From IMG/VR virus record IMGVR_UViG_3300029288_000002, positions 101,308 to 165,307 of that record: 64,000 bases of DNA. One strand, written 5' to 3'. The notes beneath the pieces were generated by a model, which had not been told where the DNA came from, ran no database searches, and worked only from the letters and a program-made list of their open reading frames with translations. Shown in pieces: positions 41,933 through 53,595 of the stretch (position 1 is its first letter; the number at the start of each line of letters is the position of its first letter). The position numbers and the translations under genes were made by a program. This DNA comes from a virus. Lineage: Duplodnaviria > Caudoviricetes.

Positions 41933-42163
41933 TTTAAAGAGGAAACCGTGAAATATATAAACGTTTGGAAGTTTTCAATTGTACTAAAAGACGAATTATT
42001 TTGTTTATTGGAGGGGTTTGAAGATTTATTATTTAAAGAAATTCGTTATAAATATGAAATAGAGCAATTAAATAAACACATTTTAGAATTAGAAAAAGAA
42101 ATTAAAGATGCTTCCGATCTCGATTGGGAATAGAATTTGTTTTATAAACGAAAAGGAGAAATT

Positions 42164-42616
42164 ATGTACGGAGTTGACTTGGGTTATATTAAAGTTTTGT
42201 CAAATGAAAATAACAAAAAAGAAGTTTACAAATCTTGGGAAAAGAAGATCGCATCTACAGGATTTAATTTATATAGAGATTTTTGTAATAACGATGTATT
42301 TATTCGATTTGATGGGGTTGGTACTTCTTTTATTACTGACTGCAAAGAATTATTTTCAGACAAAACTTTTTGTGTTTACGCTTATGGTGAATGTGATACC
42401 CAAAGTTACTATTATATTAAGGAAGATAATAAATTAGTAACTATAATTGCTGATAGTACAGGATTTAGTCTGGGAGATACCAAAATTGAAAAACAATGGT
42501 TAAGAATAATGGGATTTTCTGATTCTTTTATTGAAAAAGTATTGGCTTTTGACGAAGATCATATGCCTCAAACAATGTTACAAATCTTTTGGAAAGGCGA
42601 AAATCCAAATGAATAA
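42164..42616 (+). CDS. partner protein of nuclease cassette A3
   Basis: RBS AAGGAG; SFI..C.ELF and L..MGF.DSF shared with 24674; overlaps the nuclease start. Confidence 0.6.
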   Translation: MYGVDLGYIKVLSNENNKKEVYKSWEKKIASTGFNLYRDFCNNDVFIRFDGVGTSFITDCKELFSDKTFCVYAYGECDTQSYYYIKEDNKLVTIIADSTGFSLGDTKIEKQWLRIMGFSDSFIEKVLAFDEDHMPQTMLQIFWKGENPNE

Positions 42617-43127
42617 GAGCGAGGACACCGTATATCAACTATTAACTCGTTTTGACAACGGTAAAGATTTTAGATTTTTTGAGATTAAAGAAAACAATAT
42701 AACAAAAGCACAAACTAAAAGGTATTCTGATTTAGATGATCCGGTTGCATATCCTGATTTTGAAAGATATATAGAAAACGAATTAGTATTGCTAATAGAA
42801 GTAAAAGGGTATGATGGATTTTTTGATCAAAGAGAAAATACTGTTGCAATGTTGGAGCGGCATTTTAATAATTATTTAGAAGTACAAAAACATGAAGCAT
42901 TAGAAATTCAGGTTGTATTTGTTATTTGGAGTTTAACCCAATATAACGTTTGCTGTTATTTTTGGGAATCTCTTAATAATCTAAGAAACACTGTTCTATA
43001 TAAAGAAAAATATGAAATACAATATAAAAAAGGCAATAAAGGAAAGGAACAGTGTTTGTTTTGGAATACTGATAATTTGAGAACAGACATTTGGGAGATC
43101 GGACAAATCCCCGGATACGATTATTAA
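42609..43127 (+). CDS. PD-(D/E)XK nuclease, cassette A3
   Basis: AYPDFERY...LLIEVKG...HFNNY..VQ..E...YFWESLNNL...FWN.DNLRTD. Confidence 0.7.
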   Translation: MNKSEDTVYQLLTRFDNGKDFRFFEIKENNITKAQTKRYSDLDDPVAYPDFERYIENELVLLIEVKGYDGFFDQRENTVAMLERHFNNYLEVQKHEALEIQVVFVIWSLTQYNVCCYFWESLNNLRNTVLYKEKYEIQYKKGNKGKEQCLFWNTDNLRTDIWEIGQIPGYDY

Positions 43128-43323
43128 AACGTATTGTTTGAATCTCTTTTGGTTATTTACCCTTGTTTTCAAAGAAGAAATGGATTTGATAGAATCCCAA
43201 TTGAAAAAAGAGAAGGTAAAATCAAAATTTTATTACAAGCTGTGTGAGAATAGAAAACGCTTGACAAATAATCAGAATGGGGTATACTGAGTTAAAGGAT
43301 AGAATATTTACAAAGGAGAAGAT

Positions 43324-43746
43324 ATGGCAACAAAAAAAGAAGGAAATAAATACTCAGAAGCCGTTATGCGTAGTATTTATCGTATTAACGCCGTTGTCCC
43401 GTTTGTGAGATTGGATGTAGATCAGTTTATTGGTGATAAATCTATTATTATGTCAAACGCAGGGTGTTTATTAATGGAATTGTATGCTCTTTTGGGGAAT
43501 GACCAGATACTAAAAGATAAACCGTCAGAATACTTTGTCTGTAATTTGCACAATGTAATGGAACGTGTAAAATTTCTATTGGATACTGTTAAGTCAATTT
43601 ATTTAGATGTTGCTCAGGATAGTTTTTATGAGAATATCAAGATAGAAGAAAATAAAAAAATGCAAGAGTTTTGTCATTTGTTTTATTCATATGAAAACTT
43701 AGAAACACCTATTCAAAATATAGGAGACTTTTTAAATGACTTATGA
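43324..43746 (+). CDS. partner protein of nuclease cassette B3
   Basis: Promoter 43261-43288; overlaps the nuclease start. Confidence 0.55.
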   Translation: MATKKEGNKYSEAVMRSIYRINAVVPFVRLDVDQFIGDKSIIMSNAGCLLMELYALLGNDQILKDKPSEYFVCNLHNVMERVKFLLDTVKSIYLDVAQDSFYENIKIEENKKMQEFCHLFYSYENLETPIQNIGDFLNDL

Positions 43747-44326
43747 TGAAAACTCAGAAGAAGCCAAAACGGGAGCTTATTGGGAGGTTCGTATTGAAGA
43801 ATTTTTAAAAGAAGTATGTACCAAAGTCAATAAAATTGTGTGTTACAATGATAGTGGTAAACGGGTCGCACAAACATTTTTATATGGAGGAGGATACCAC
43901 TCCAAACCAGACTTTGAAGTTAGTTTAAGCAATAACGGAAATATTGATTTATATGTCGAAGCAAAAAGTAGCAGTTTTGCCTGGATAGACAGAAAAATGT
44001 TTTCTGTTTCAGAAGAAATTGTTTTATGTGCTAAGATGTCTCGCCGTCAGTTTAACGATTATGTTTTGTTTCAGAAAGTAATGAATACTAAAGTTAAGGT
44101 TATATTTGTTATAGAAGATATGCGCTCTTGGTATACAGAAACAATTGATTGGCTAAACAAACATAAACAACAAGCAATATCAAGTAAAGGTTATGAATAT
44201 TTTATTTGGAAACTCGATGATTTAAAGAAAATTAAAACAAATATAACATCCCGTCCTGGATCGCAAGAAGAGTGCTATGATAATATACCTGACATGAGTG
44301 ACGCGGACGGTTTTAGTTTTGGATAA
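43736..44326 (+). CDS. PD-(D/E)XK nuclease, cassette B3
   Basis: GAYWE..IE.FL...KPDFEV...YVEAKS...QFNDY...WYTETID.LNKHK. Confidence 0.7.
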   Translation: MTYDENSEEAKTGAYWEVRIEEFLKEVCTKVNKIVCYNDSGKRVAQTFLYGGGYHSKPDFEVSLSNNGNIDLYVEAKSSSFAWIDRKMFSVSEEIVLCAKMSRRQFNDYVLFQKVMNTKVKVIFVIEDMRSWYTETIDWLNKHKQQAISSKGYEYFIWKLDDLKKIKTNITSRPGSQEECYDNIPDMSDADGFSFG

Positions 44327-44656
44327 TAGTCTTGACAAACACACGTCTATTGGTATAATGAATAAATGGAGATTTTTATGATTGGCGAAGATATGCTTAA
44401 TAGCTCTTTAGAGAAAGCAACATTAAATGATACTCCTCATATATGGATAATTTGGGTAAAATCGTTTGACGGTATAAACACAATTGTTGCAATTTGTACA
44501 ACAGAAAGTATAGCTAATACTTTTATAACCTATTTGCAAAAGGTAAATAAAACAGAGCATAATAGAACGGGAAACAAAAAGTTTGCAAAGATATGGAAGG
44601 AAGAAACAATAACAAATCACTTGTTTCTAAATATTGCGCTTTTATAGAGAGGGATA

Positions 44657-47005
44657 ATGACACAAACAGAATTAAAATCTTGGGTGTATGACGCTGAGAC
44701 ATTCCGTAATTTCAATTGCTACACTTTTTATTCACCTGAAACCAAAGAGGTTAAGGTGTTTACTATTGCAATTGCTTTGGGTTATAATGATACTGAAAAA
44801 CTGCGACAGTTTCTTTCTGGTAATCTTTTGCTTATTGGCTACAATAATCTGTCATACGATTTGCCAATGCTTGCATATGCTAACAATTATAAGAATTATA
44901 ACTCGCCTCGATTTAACACAGACTTGTTCAACGTGTCCACAAAGTTAGTGGACAACGATAATCGAAACGATAATGATACACGCAAGTTACGATATGCTAA
45001 ATTAGAGACTTGCAAACAGTTAGACTTAATGAAGCTAATGGCATTTGATAAATTGAAAGTTAGTCTAAAACAAATTGCAATTAATCTAAAGTGGTATAAA
45101 ATTCAAGACTTACCGTTAGAATACGACCATAATGTAACCAAAGATGAAATTGAATTAATTTGGAGTTATAACCTAAATGATGTTATGATTTCAAATAAAT
45201 TATATGAATCTTTACAAAAAGAAATTAACTTACGAATTGATTTGGGTAAGATTTACAACATTGATTTTACAAATGCTTCTGATAGTAAAATGGCAAATCT
45301 TATTTTAGAGAAATTCTATCAAGAAGAAACTGGAATCAACATTAATGATATTAAAGATTTGCGTACAGTACACGAGTCTATTCGATTGGCTGATTGTATT
45401 GTGCCTGGAATTGAGTTTAAGACTAATGAAATGCAAGCTGTATATGATGATATTGCTTCTTTGGTTGTAACTGCTAAAGATGGGTATAAATATAGCAAAA
45501 AATTGTCTTATGGTGAAAAGCAAAGGGTAGAAGATTTACCAATTGCTGATTATATGAAAGAATGGCTATTAAAACCAGAAATAACTCAAATAGTTTCAGA
45601 ATTAAATTTTAATGGCACATCATACGAAGTTGGCATCGGGGGTTTGCATAGTGTAGATGCGCCAGGTAAGTTTGTTGCCAATAAAAACTTTATTATTCGT
45701 GACGCGGATGTTGCCAGTTATTATCCAAACATTCTTATTAATTATAACATTGTTCCTGCACATCTTAGTTCGGATTTCACTAATATTTTGCGTAGAATTA
45801 CAGAAGAACGTATTGCCGCAAAGAAAAGCGGTGACAAAACAAAAGCAAACGGTTTGAAAATTACCATTAATTCTATTTTTGGTAAACTTGGCAGCGAAAC
45901 TTTCTGGTTGCAAGATAATCGTGCAATGTTATCTGTTACGGTGTCGGGTCAACTGATGCTATTAATGCTTATTGAGGCATTAGAATTGGTTGGTATTCAT
46001 ACAATTAGTGCTAATACTGATGGCATTGTGTGTATTATTCCAAAAGAGTTAGAACCAGTATATAATGAAGTTTGTACTTGGTGGCAACAAAAAACTAAGT
46101 TTGAATTAGAATTTACAGATTATTCGTTATATGTTCGCAGCGATGTAAACAATTATATTACTAAAAAGACCAATGGTGAAACTAAGGTAAAGGGTCGCTA
46201 TCTTACGGATATTGACTTAAAGAAGGGGTATCATCACCCAATAGTTGCTCGCGCGATGTATGAATATTTTGTGAATAACAAACCAGTAGACGAAACACTA
46301 CACGAGTGTACTGATATTCTCGACTTTTGTTTATCGCAGAAAATGGATAAGGAGTTTGTATTACTTTATCAAACCGCAACAGAAACCAAAGAACTACAAA
46401 AGACTAATCGGTTTTATGTTAGCAATCACGGCGGTAGTCTTGTAAAGGTCAAGAAAGCCACAGGAAGACGGGATGGTTTAGTGGTGGGTTATCTTACCCA
46501 AATCTTAAATGATTACGACTCCAGTCTTCCTGTGAGCGCATATGACATAAATTATAAATGGTATCAGGATCAAGCATATCAGTATATCAAGAAGATTGAA
46601 AAAGGAAAACAACACGAACAAACCAATCTGTTTGGTAATATACAATCTGCTGATAAACCTGCTACTGTAGGAAAAAAGGCTACAACTAAAAAGAAAAGTG
46701 TATTACAAATGAAGGTTGATAACTACAAAGACTTCTTATATCCTGATGTAGACAAACGATATGTTTTTGTTACCAAAGTTGATAAGTTAGTGGAAACCTA
46801 TTGTTTGGCTAATGGTAGACTAATGCCACTAAAGGTTACTGCCAGCAATAAGCGCAATATTAAAGAAGGAATGATACTATATTGCGAAGTATTTAGAAAA
46901 GATGGTGACAATTGGTGGTTAGATAAGTTTACTGTTTTAACGCCAAAGGAGAAAGAAGAAATATTTGATAACAAATCTAAAGCAGAACAAGTCACGATGT
47001 TTTAG
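44657..47005 (+). CDS. family B DNA polymerase with 3'-5' exonuclease
   Basis: ExoI YDAE, ExoII GYNN..YD, ExoIII YN.ND; DVASYYP, K...NS.FGK, NTDG. Confidence 0.9.
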   Translation: MTQTELKSWVYDAETFRNFNCYTFYSPETKEVKVFTIAIALGYNDTEKLRQFLSGNLLLIGYNNLSYDLPMLAYANNYKNYNSPRFNTDLFNVSTKLVDNDNRNDNDTRKLRYAKLETCKQLDLMKLMAFDKLKVSLKQIAINLKWYKIQDLPLEYDHNVTKDEIELIWSYNLNDVMISNKLYESLQKEINLRIDLGKIYNIDFTNASDSKMANLILEKFYQEETGININDIKDLRTVHESIRLADCIVPGIEFKTNEMQAVYDDIASLVVTAKDGYKYSKKLSYGEKQRVEDLPIADYMKEWLLKPEITQIVSELNFNGTSYEVGIGGLHSVDAPGKFVANKNFIIRDADVASYYPNILINYNIVPAHLSSDFTNILRRITEERIAAKKSGDKTKANGLKITINSIFGKLGSETFWLQDNRAMLSVTVSGQLMLLMLIEALELVGIHTISANTDGIVCIIPKELEPVYNEVCTWWQQKTKFELEFTDYSLYVRSDVNNYITKKTNGETKVKGRYLTDIDLKKGYHHPIVARAMYEYFVNNKPVDETLHECTDILDFCLSQKMDKEFVLLYQTATETKELQKTNRFYVSNHGGSLVKVKKATGRRDGLVVGYLTQILNDYDSSLPVSAYDINYKWYQDQAYQYIKKIEKGKQHEQTNLFGNIQSADKPATVGKKATTKKKSVLQMKVDNYKDFLYPDVDKRYVFVTKVDKLVETYCLANGRLMPLKVTASNKRNIKEGMILYCEVFRKDGDNWWLDKFTVLTPKEKEEIFDNKSKAEQVTMF

Positions 47006-47389
47006 ATTGATACTTGACAAAGAAAACAAAATAGTATATAATACAATGTGTGAAAGGAGTCATATGAACAGGCAAGAGTTATACGATATATTTGTTCCGT
47101 TAGGTTGGCATACTGCTGACGAATTTGAAATTCTATTGCCAGATATTACTAAAAAGGATTTAGAAGAGGAAAGGCTTAAAAATTGGAATAAGAAAACAAA
47201 CTTTATTATTATTGCATATTGGCGTGGGTATTACACTTTTTTTGATGATTGTGTACCATATACTACTCAATATCCAGATATAATGTATTATTCTTGGGAT
47301 ATTGGAGGATTGTATATTGATAACGATTGTGATGAAGATAGTACCAATAGTGATTTTGTAATTTTATGGAAGGAAAACGAGAAATAGTT

Positions 47390-48505
47390 ATGAATTTAAC
47401 CGTGCCAAAAACCGAATTGTCTAAAGCCTTATCTATTGTTATTAAGGCTGTGTCTACAAAGAGTCCTTTGCCTATTTTGTCCAGTGTATTACTGTGTGCA
47501 AAGGAAGGACAATTAGTGTTAAGTACCACCAATTTAGAAATTGGTATTACAAAAACAATCAAGGCGGATGTAAAAGAAGAAGGCGAATGTACACTACCAG
47601 CAAAGACCTTTAGCGAGTTAGTTTCATCATTGGCAGAAGAAGAAGTAAAGCTCAAATTCGATTCAACGGATTTCTCAGTTACCATCACCTCTGGTAAATC
47701 TAAGTCGAAGCTGAAGGGTATTGATGCACAGGAGTTTCCTCCAATTACAGTTATGACTGTTGGAAATACTTTCTCATTGCCTGTAACTATTTTCAAAGAT
47801 ATGATTGTTCAAACATCGTTTTGTGCAAGCGATGATGATGCAAGACCAACATTACAGAATGTACAATTAGTAGGCGAGCAAGATGCTTTGTCATTAAATG
47901 CAACTGATGGTTATTCCATTGCTCATACTACACATAACAACATTGATTATGACTTGCAAAGAATCAATTCGTTAATTTCAGCCAAATCGTTAGATACACT
48001 AAGTAAGATTTTAGCAGGATACAAAAACGATGAGACTGTAAATATTGCTATTTTAGATAACAAAGCAATTTTCCAAATCGAGACTCTTGTGTTTACTGCG
48101 CAATTGTCAGAAGGCGAATTTCCTAACTGGAAAGTGATTCTCCCAACTGCCTTTGAAACAAGCGTAACAATGCCTTTGGAAAATTTAGTAACAGCTTGTA
48201 AACAAGCAAGTATTATTGCCAAAGAGGGAAATAACGCGGTTGTTTTGAATATCAAGCAAGACAAAGTAACAGTGTCAAGTATATCAGAAGAAGTGGGTAA
48301 TAGCGAGAATATTATGGATGGTGTTTTGATTGGTAATGAGCTTGAAGTAGCGTTTAATGTGGACTTTTTATCTGCTATTTTAGCAAGAATTGATGGCGAA
48401 AGCGTTGTTTTAGAGCTAAATACCAACAAAAGTCCGTGTAGAATCAGTGAAAAAATGGCTGTAAAAGGTACATTTTATATTTTGATGCCTTTAACGTTAG
48501 GTTAA
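47390..48505 (+). CDS. dnaN: DNA polymerase III beta sliding clamp
   Basis: LPIL..VLL, TNLEIGI, EFPP, ARP.L, ATDG, GEFP.W, AFN..FL, LMP. Confidence 0.95.
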   Translation: MNLTVPKTELSKALSIVIKAVSTKSPLPILSSVLLCAKEGQLVLSTTNLEIGITKTIKADVKEEGECTLPAKTFSELVSSLAEEEVKLKFDSTDFSVTITSGKSKSKLKGIDAQEFPPITVMTVGNTFSLPVTIFKDMIVQTSFCASDDDARPTLQNVQLVGEQDALSLNATDGYSIAHTTHNNIDYDLQRINSLISAKSLDTLSKILAGYKNDETVNIAILDNKAIFQIETLVFTAQLSEGEFPNWKVILPTAFETSVTMPLENLVTACKQASIIAKEGNNAVVLNIKQDKVTVSSISEEVGNSENIMDGVLIGNELEVAFNVDFLSAILARIDGESVVLELNTNKSPCRISEKMAVKGTFYILMPLTLG

Positions 48506-48507
48506 CC

Positions 48508-49425
48508 ATGTTTGAGAGTATATCCGATACGATTTCTACTGCTTTGGGAGATTGTTTGGATATACTCCCTTCTATTCCAGAAGGGAGTATAGATGCAATT
48601 CTCACAGACCTCCCGTTTCAGATCACCCGATCTGAGTGGGACTTGATAATCCCATTTAACAAGTACATAATTCTTGATAACGAAGCGTGTTATTATCAAG
48701 AAGCATTGCAACAATTATTAGAACGAGGATGCACTTATCAAGAGTTTAAACTAATTTGGGAATCCGAAAAGAAAGAAGGAATGTGGCAACAAGTAAAGAG
48801 AGTATTAAAGCCAAGCGGAGTTTTTGTGACAAGTGCAAGTCAACCGTTTACAAGCAAACTCGTTCTAAGTAATCTTGAAATGTTTAAATATTGTTGGGTG
48901 TGGGAGAAGAGTCACGCGACAGGTTTTCTCGATTGTAAAAAGAAACCAATGAAGCAGCATGAAGACATCGTAGTATTCTACGATAAGCAGTGTACTTATA
49001 ATCCTCAAATGTACAAGAAAGACCCTGCTAAAATCAGAAACGGTAAAAAGAACCCTGAAGTTGTAAGAACGACAGACTCTTACAATAGCTTCAAAGATTT
49101 TGTAGATCGCTCTGTGCCGGAAGATGTGGGTTATCCTTTATCTATTCAGTATTTTGCTACTCCATATAAAGGACAGGGCAATAAGGCTGTGGGAGGGCTA
49201 CATCCAACACAAAAACCAGTAGAACTATATGAATATCTTATTCGTACATATACTAACCCCGGAGACACAGTGTTAGACTTTTGCATGGGTAGTGGCACTA
49301 CAGGAGAAGCGTGCAAGAACTTAAATCGTAGATTTATTGGAATTGAAAAAGAACAGAAGTATTACGATATAGCTAAAGAAAGGCTGTTGAAGTGTTTACA
49401 GCAGCAATCATTGTTCAATGAGTAA
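48508..49425 (+). CDS. DNA methyltransferase, N6/N4 beta class
   Basis: GDCL, DAILTDLPF, HPTQKP, VLDFCMGSGTTG. Confidence 0.9.
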   Translation: MFESISDTISTALGDCLDILPSIPEGSIDAILTDLPFQITRSEWDLIIPFNKYIILDNEACYYQEALQQLLERGCTYQEFKLIWESEKKEGMWQQVKRVLKPSGVFVTSASQPFTSKLVLSNLEMFKYCWVWEKSHATGFLDCKKKPMKQHEDIVVFYDKQCTYNPQMYKKDPAKIRNGKKNPEVVRTTDSYNSFKDFVDRSVPEDVGYPLSIQYFATPYKGQGNKAVGGLHPTQKPVELYEYLIRTYTNPGDTVLDFCMGSGTTGEACKNLNRRFIGIEKEQKYYDIAKERLLKCLQQQSLFNE

Positions 49426-49486
49426 ATTGGTACTTGACAAATAAACAGAAGTGATGTAAAATGAAAGTATAAGGAGAACAAAGACA

Positions 49487-49882
49487 ATGAGCAAATGTGA
49501 CTATTTTACTGACTTGATTGGTCATACTGTAACTAAAATAGAAGGCAACATCGAAGATGAAGCGTTAATTTTTATATTAGATAACGGCGAAAGATACCAA
49601 TTAGCGCATCATCAGGATTGTTGTGAAAGCGTTTATATTGAAGACATTATTGGTGATTTAAACGATTTAATAAATTCTCCTATTTTAATGGCAGAAGAAA
49701 CCTCAAGCAATGAAAACCCAAAAGATGAGGGGTGCAGCCCTCAGAGTTTTACTTGGACATTTTATAAACTTGCAACCATTAAAGGTTATGTGACTATTCG
49801 GTGGTATGGTATAAGCAACGGTTATTACAGTGAAACAGCAGAATGGTATCATGTAGACAAAAATAATTGTATTATTTGGTAA
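49487..49882 (+). CDS. conserved phage hypothetical protein
   Basis: [38 protein letters not shown]. Confidence 0.7.
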   Translation: MSKCDYFTDLIGHTVTKIEGNIEDEALIFILDNGERYQLAHHQDCCESVYIEDIIGDLNDLINSPILMAEETSSNENPKDEGCSPQSFTWTFYKLATIKGYVTIRWYGISNGYYSETAEWYHVDKNNCIIW

Positions 49883-50426
49883 GTTATAACGTGGAGAAAA
49901 GATGATAATTATGTACTATTTGCTTTTCTGTATATTATCTGGAATTGCATTAGGCGAAGTAATAGCTTGTGTTTATGGCTTTTTAGAAAGACACAGAACG
50001 TCCGAATTGTTCAGGTTTATTATTTGCGCAGTTGTTTGTATTTCTGGTGCTTTTTTTTCTTGCCAATATTGCTGTTATGATAAAAAGGATGTAAAATGAA
50101 ACAAAAAGTTTGGATGCCAAATTATAGACCTTTTATTTTAGGCGGTGATTGTCGCGCTCCTATTGTAGTAGAGATAGATGTGGCCGGAGAATATGATCTT
50201 GGTTTAGGATACAGCGGTTGGTTAATTATTTCTCCAAACGGTAAGACTTTTGTAGCTGAGAGTGAAACAGGAGCTATTGTTGGTAATACAATAACAGAAG
50301 TAAGACAAGATATTGCAACTGCTGATCCTGAAATTATACGGAAACAAATTGAAAACGCAAAGATAACTGTATCAAAAGCATATATTGGAACTATTGAAGA
50401 GTTTTGGAAAATTTTAAGAGGTTAAA

Positions 50427-50642
50427 ATGCTTGTATTAGAATATAGAGGATATTTGGCAAACGTAGACTCTGATTATTACGGCTATGTAATCAATACTAA
50501 AGACCTAATTACATTTCAAGGGACAAACGATTCTGATATTGGTCAAGTGTTTATTGATTCAGTTGATGACTATTTTGACTTTTGTAAAATGCGCGGCGAA
50601 GAACCCGAACAGCCAAACTTAATTATTTCTTTTTATAGATAA
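50427..50642 (+). CDS. solo HicB-like antitoxin domain
   Basis: LEYRGY...YG.V....D.ITFQG......F..SVDDY..FC..RGEEPE. Confidence 0.7.
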   Translation: MLVLEYRGYLANVDSDYYGYVINTKDLITFQGTNDSDIGQVFIDSVDDYFDFCKMRGEEPEQPNLIISFYR

Positions 50643-51053
50643 AAGTAAAGGAGACGCCAAATGTTTATTGTTCAACTCATACTACTTTGTACTGTTTGTT
50701 CTATATATGGTTATGGATTAGGTATTATCACAGGAAAACTTTATAATCTTTTAAAGAGTTACAACACTCTCTTTTTATTAAATTGGGTTGCTTGTTTTCT
50801 TTTTGCTGTTGTTGGATTATGTCTTATGCTTATTTATGTTTGGTGTTATTAGCTTTTAGGCAAAATGCAAAGATGAATTTTCTAAGATATGTAAATAAAC
50901 TTTGGAATAAATATTGGACGTGGTATTGGGAGACTCATTTGGGCATAAGCGACACTGATTTTGAAAGTCGCGTTAGAAAATATGTTGCTGAACAAGAAGA
51001 GTATGAAGCGCAAAGGTTAGTGAGAATATTGAAAAGAGTTAAGGAGATTCAAG

Positions 51054-52068
51054 ATGAAAACTTCTGAGAGTTATGATGTTTGGTTAATCACCAATTCTGA
51101 TGAAACCGAATATATTTATTATGATGATTCCGATTGGGAATTTTTCTTTAGTCCCCATATTACTATGGCTACTACGTGGGAAACTAAAGAAGCGGCGGAG
51201 TTGGATATTCGGCTAAATATTAAACCAGATTTAAGCGATTATTATACCGGAGAATATAAAGTGATCAATGTTGTAATTCAATATATGAAGGTGTATGATG
51301 CGAACTGAAAAACGATTTTACTGGATAATTACTACAGAAGATGAGGCATTATATATTAGATATGACGATAATCAACTTACATTTTCACTTGTGGAAAATA
51401 TAGAAAAAGCGACACTATATCAAGATGTTATTACTGCTCATAATCATATTCGTTGGATACAAGATATTAAACAAGAAAAGATAGAACACAATCAGTTTGT
51501 CACAGACACTCGGGATATTTATATTCCTGATCAGTATGAATATAAACCTCTTAGAATTTGTATTAGTTATAATAAGGCTGAATAAAATGACCGAAGAACA
51601 CGATTACTACTTTATTGTTTGCAACAAAGATCGAACCTCGTTTTTAGAAGTAGCATATTATAGTTGCAATGATGCTCAAACTAATAATTTGGGTTCTGCA
51701 ACACAATTCTGGTGGCAAAGCGATGCTAATGAAGAAATAGAATTGCTTATTAAAGATAACAAATTTCCAGAACTGCGATATATAGTAGGAGTCAAAGCAT
51801 ATTATAAATGGGAGATTGATGAAGAATGTACAAACGAGTATTCACAACTTGGCTAATTACTAATAACGATAGAAATTTGTTTTTAACAGACCAGCCAGAC
51901 GGGATTGTTAACAATTTGCTTTGGGCTATGAGATTTGATACCGAGCAACAAGCGCAAGAATATTTGGAAATAGCTAAAGATTGGCTGAAAGAAAGCAATT
52001 TGACTAAAATTATTCAAATTGAAACAACCATAAAAGAAAAAAGGAAAGCTAATGTCAGCAAACGATAA
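51054..52068 (+). CDS. tandem array of four small paralogues (51054, 51295, 51587, 51826), with a likely fifth at 10519..10776
   Basis: Shared W/F.I...D...(F/Y)...A..(F/W/Y)....A pattern. Confidence 0.5.
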
Positions 52069-52570
52069 ACAACCACAACCTATTGTAAATGATACTACTC
52101 CAATCTGGGATTTGGTTATCGAAGATTTTCTATCAACTAAAAAGGTTCAGAGCGATTTTGTAGACGATGTAGTAGCAGACATGATGCAGCGTGACAATGA
52201 TGGTGTAGCGAAATATCACACTCATCTGCAAATGTATAATGGCAGAGATTGTATGAAAGATGCTATTCAAGAAATTTATGATTGCTTAGTTTATTTAAGA
52301 CAAGGTATAGCAGAACAATGGGATAGTTTGTTAGATTATGATTATGGACAAACAGCAGTTGCGTTTTATATGAAATGCGTCAATAGTAATAGTAGAATAT
52401 GCAATGCCTGCGACATTAAAAAGTTTATAGATTTCAGTTATTATTTAAATTTGAATAATAAAACTACTGCTATTCGTGATACTATTGCTTCTTTGTTATA
52501 TTGCTATGGACTTCAATTTGAAGCGACGGAAACAATGAAGAAGATGTTAATGCAAAGAGATAATAAATAG
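52052..52570 (+). CDS. all-alpha NTP-pyrophosphatase-like phage protein
   Basis: R...G..KY...L...NGRD...DA.QE..D..VY. Confidence 0.45.
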   Translation: MSANDKQPQPIVNDTTPIWDLVIEDFLSTKKVQSDFVDDVVADMMQRDNDGVAKYHTHLQMYNGRDCMKDAIQEIYDCLVYLRQGIAEQWDSLLDYDYGQTAVAFYMKCVNSNSRICNACDIKKFIDFSYYLNLNNKTTAIRDTIASLLYCYGLQFEATETMKKMLMQRDNK

Positions 52571-53595
52571 AATTATCTCTATTTATGGACAAAAACATGA
52601 AAACATTTAAAGACACAAAACTACAAAACTTAAAAAAGTTAAAATCAATCAAAGATAAACTTAATCCTGATATATACAACCTCTTAACTACTTTTTATAG
52701 TAATTATGACCAATTTGTAGTTCAACAAATTAAAAGAAGTTTAGAAAAAAAAGAATGGTCACAATTAATAAACAAAGGCGAAAAATCACCGCCTCTAAGT
52801 GAGATTTTATTAAATACGCAAATTGCCGACAAATATGCAAATGTTAAAACAATAGATGATGCTATTGAATTGCAGAAACTATATCCTAATATTTATCTAT
52901 CTGCTGATATAAGTGTAGAAGATTATTTCTGTGGTAGTGCGTATGGACAAAAAATAAACAAAAGCATTATTACTTTAGGTTCATATGATTGCTTGCGAAT
53001 TATTCAATGTAACACAGATGCAAATTATAATATTATAGCATCAGATAATCATGTGTTTACAGAAGACGAAGCGAATGATGTTTTAGAAGAGTATAATGAG
53101 TATGGACATTACTCAGAAGATATTGTAGAATATACAGGAAATAGAAAACAAGAATTAGAAAAAACGTTTGACGAAACATTTTATTCTATTATGCCCGATT
53201 TTCCTTCTGATATAGATGTCTTGAATGACGTTGTTTTGTTTATACAATCTGACGGTACTGTTACAATTATAATGTTTACATTGACTTGGAATATGCTTAT
53301 TTTTACTGGCACTATAAACAAAGAAATTTGCACAGACGCTTTTACTAAAGAGTATAACCCGTTTATTCACAAAAGACCATATAAACTATATTTAGACAGT
53401 AGAAATTTACCAGTAGTATTTTTATATCCTCGATTGGATGATTTATTCGTGGGAACAGAAGTAGAAGTAGAAAATATTGAAAGATTAATTTAAACTGATC
53501 CTTGACAAACGATTGGTAGTATGATATACTAAACTAATACAAAAGAGACAGTACATAAATGGCAACGAAGAAAATGTTAATGGAAAAAAGATTAA

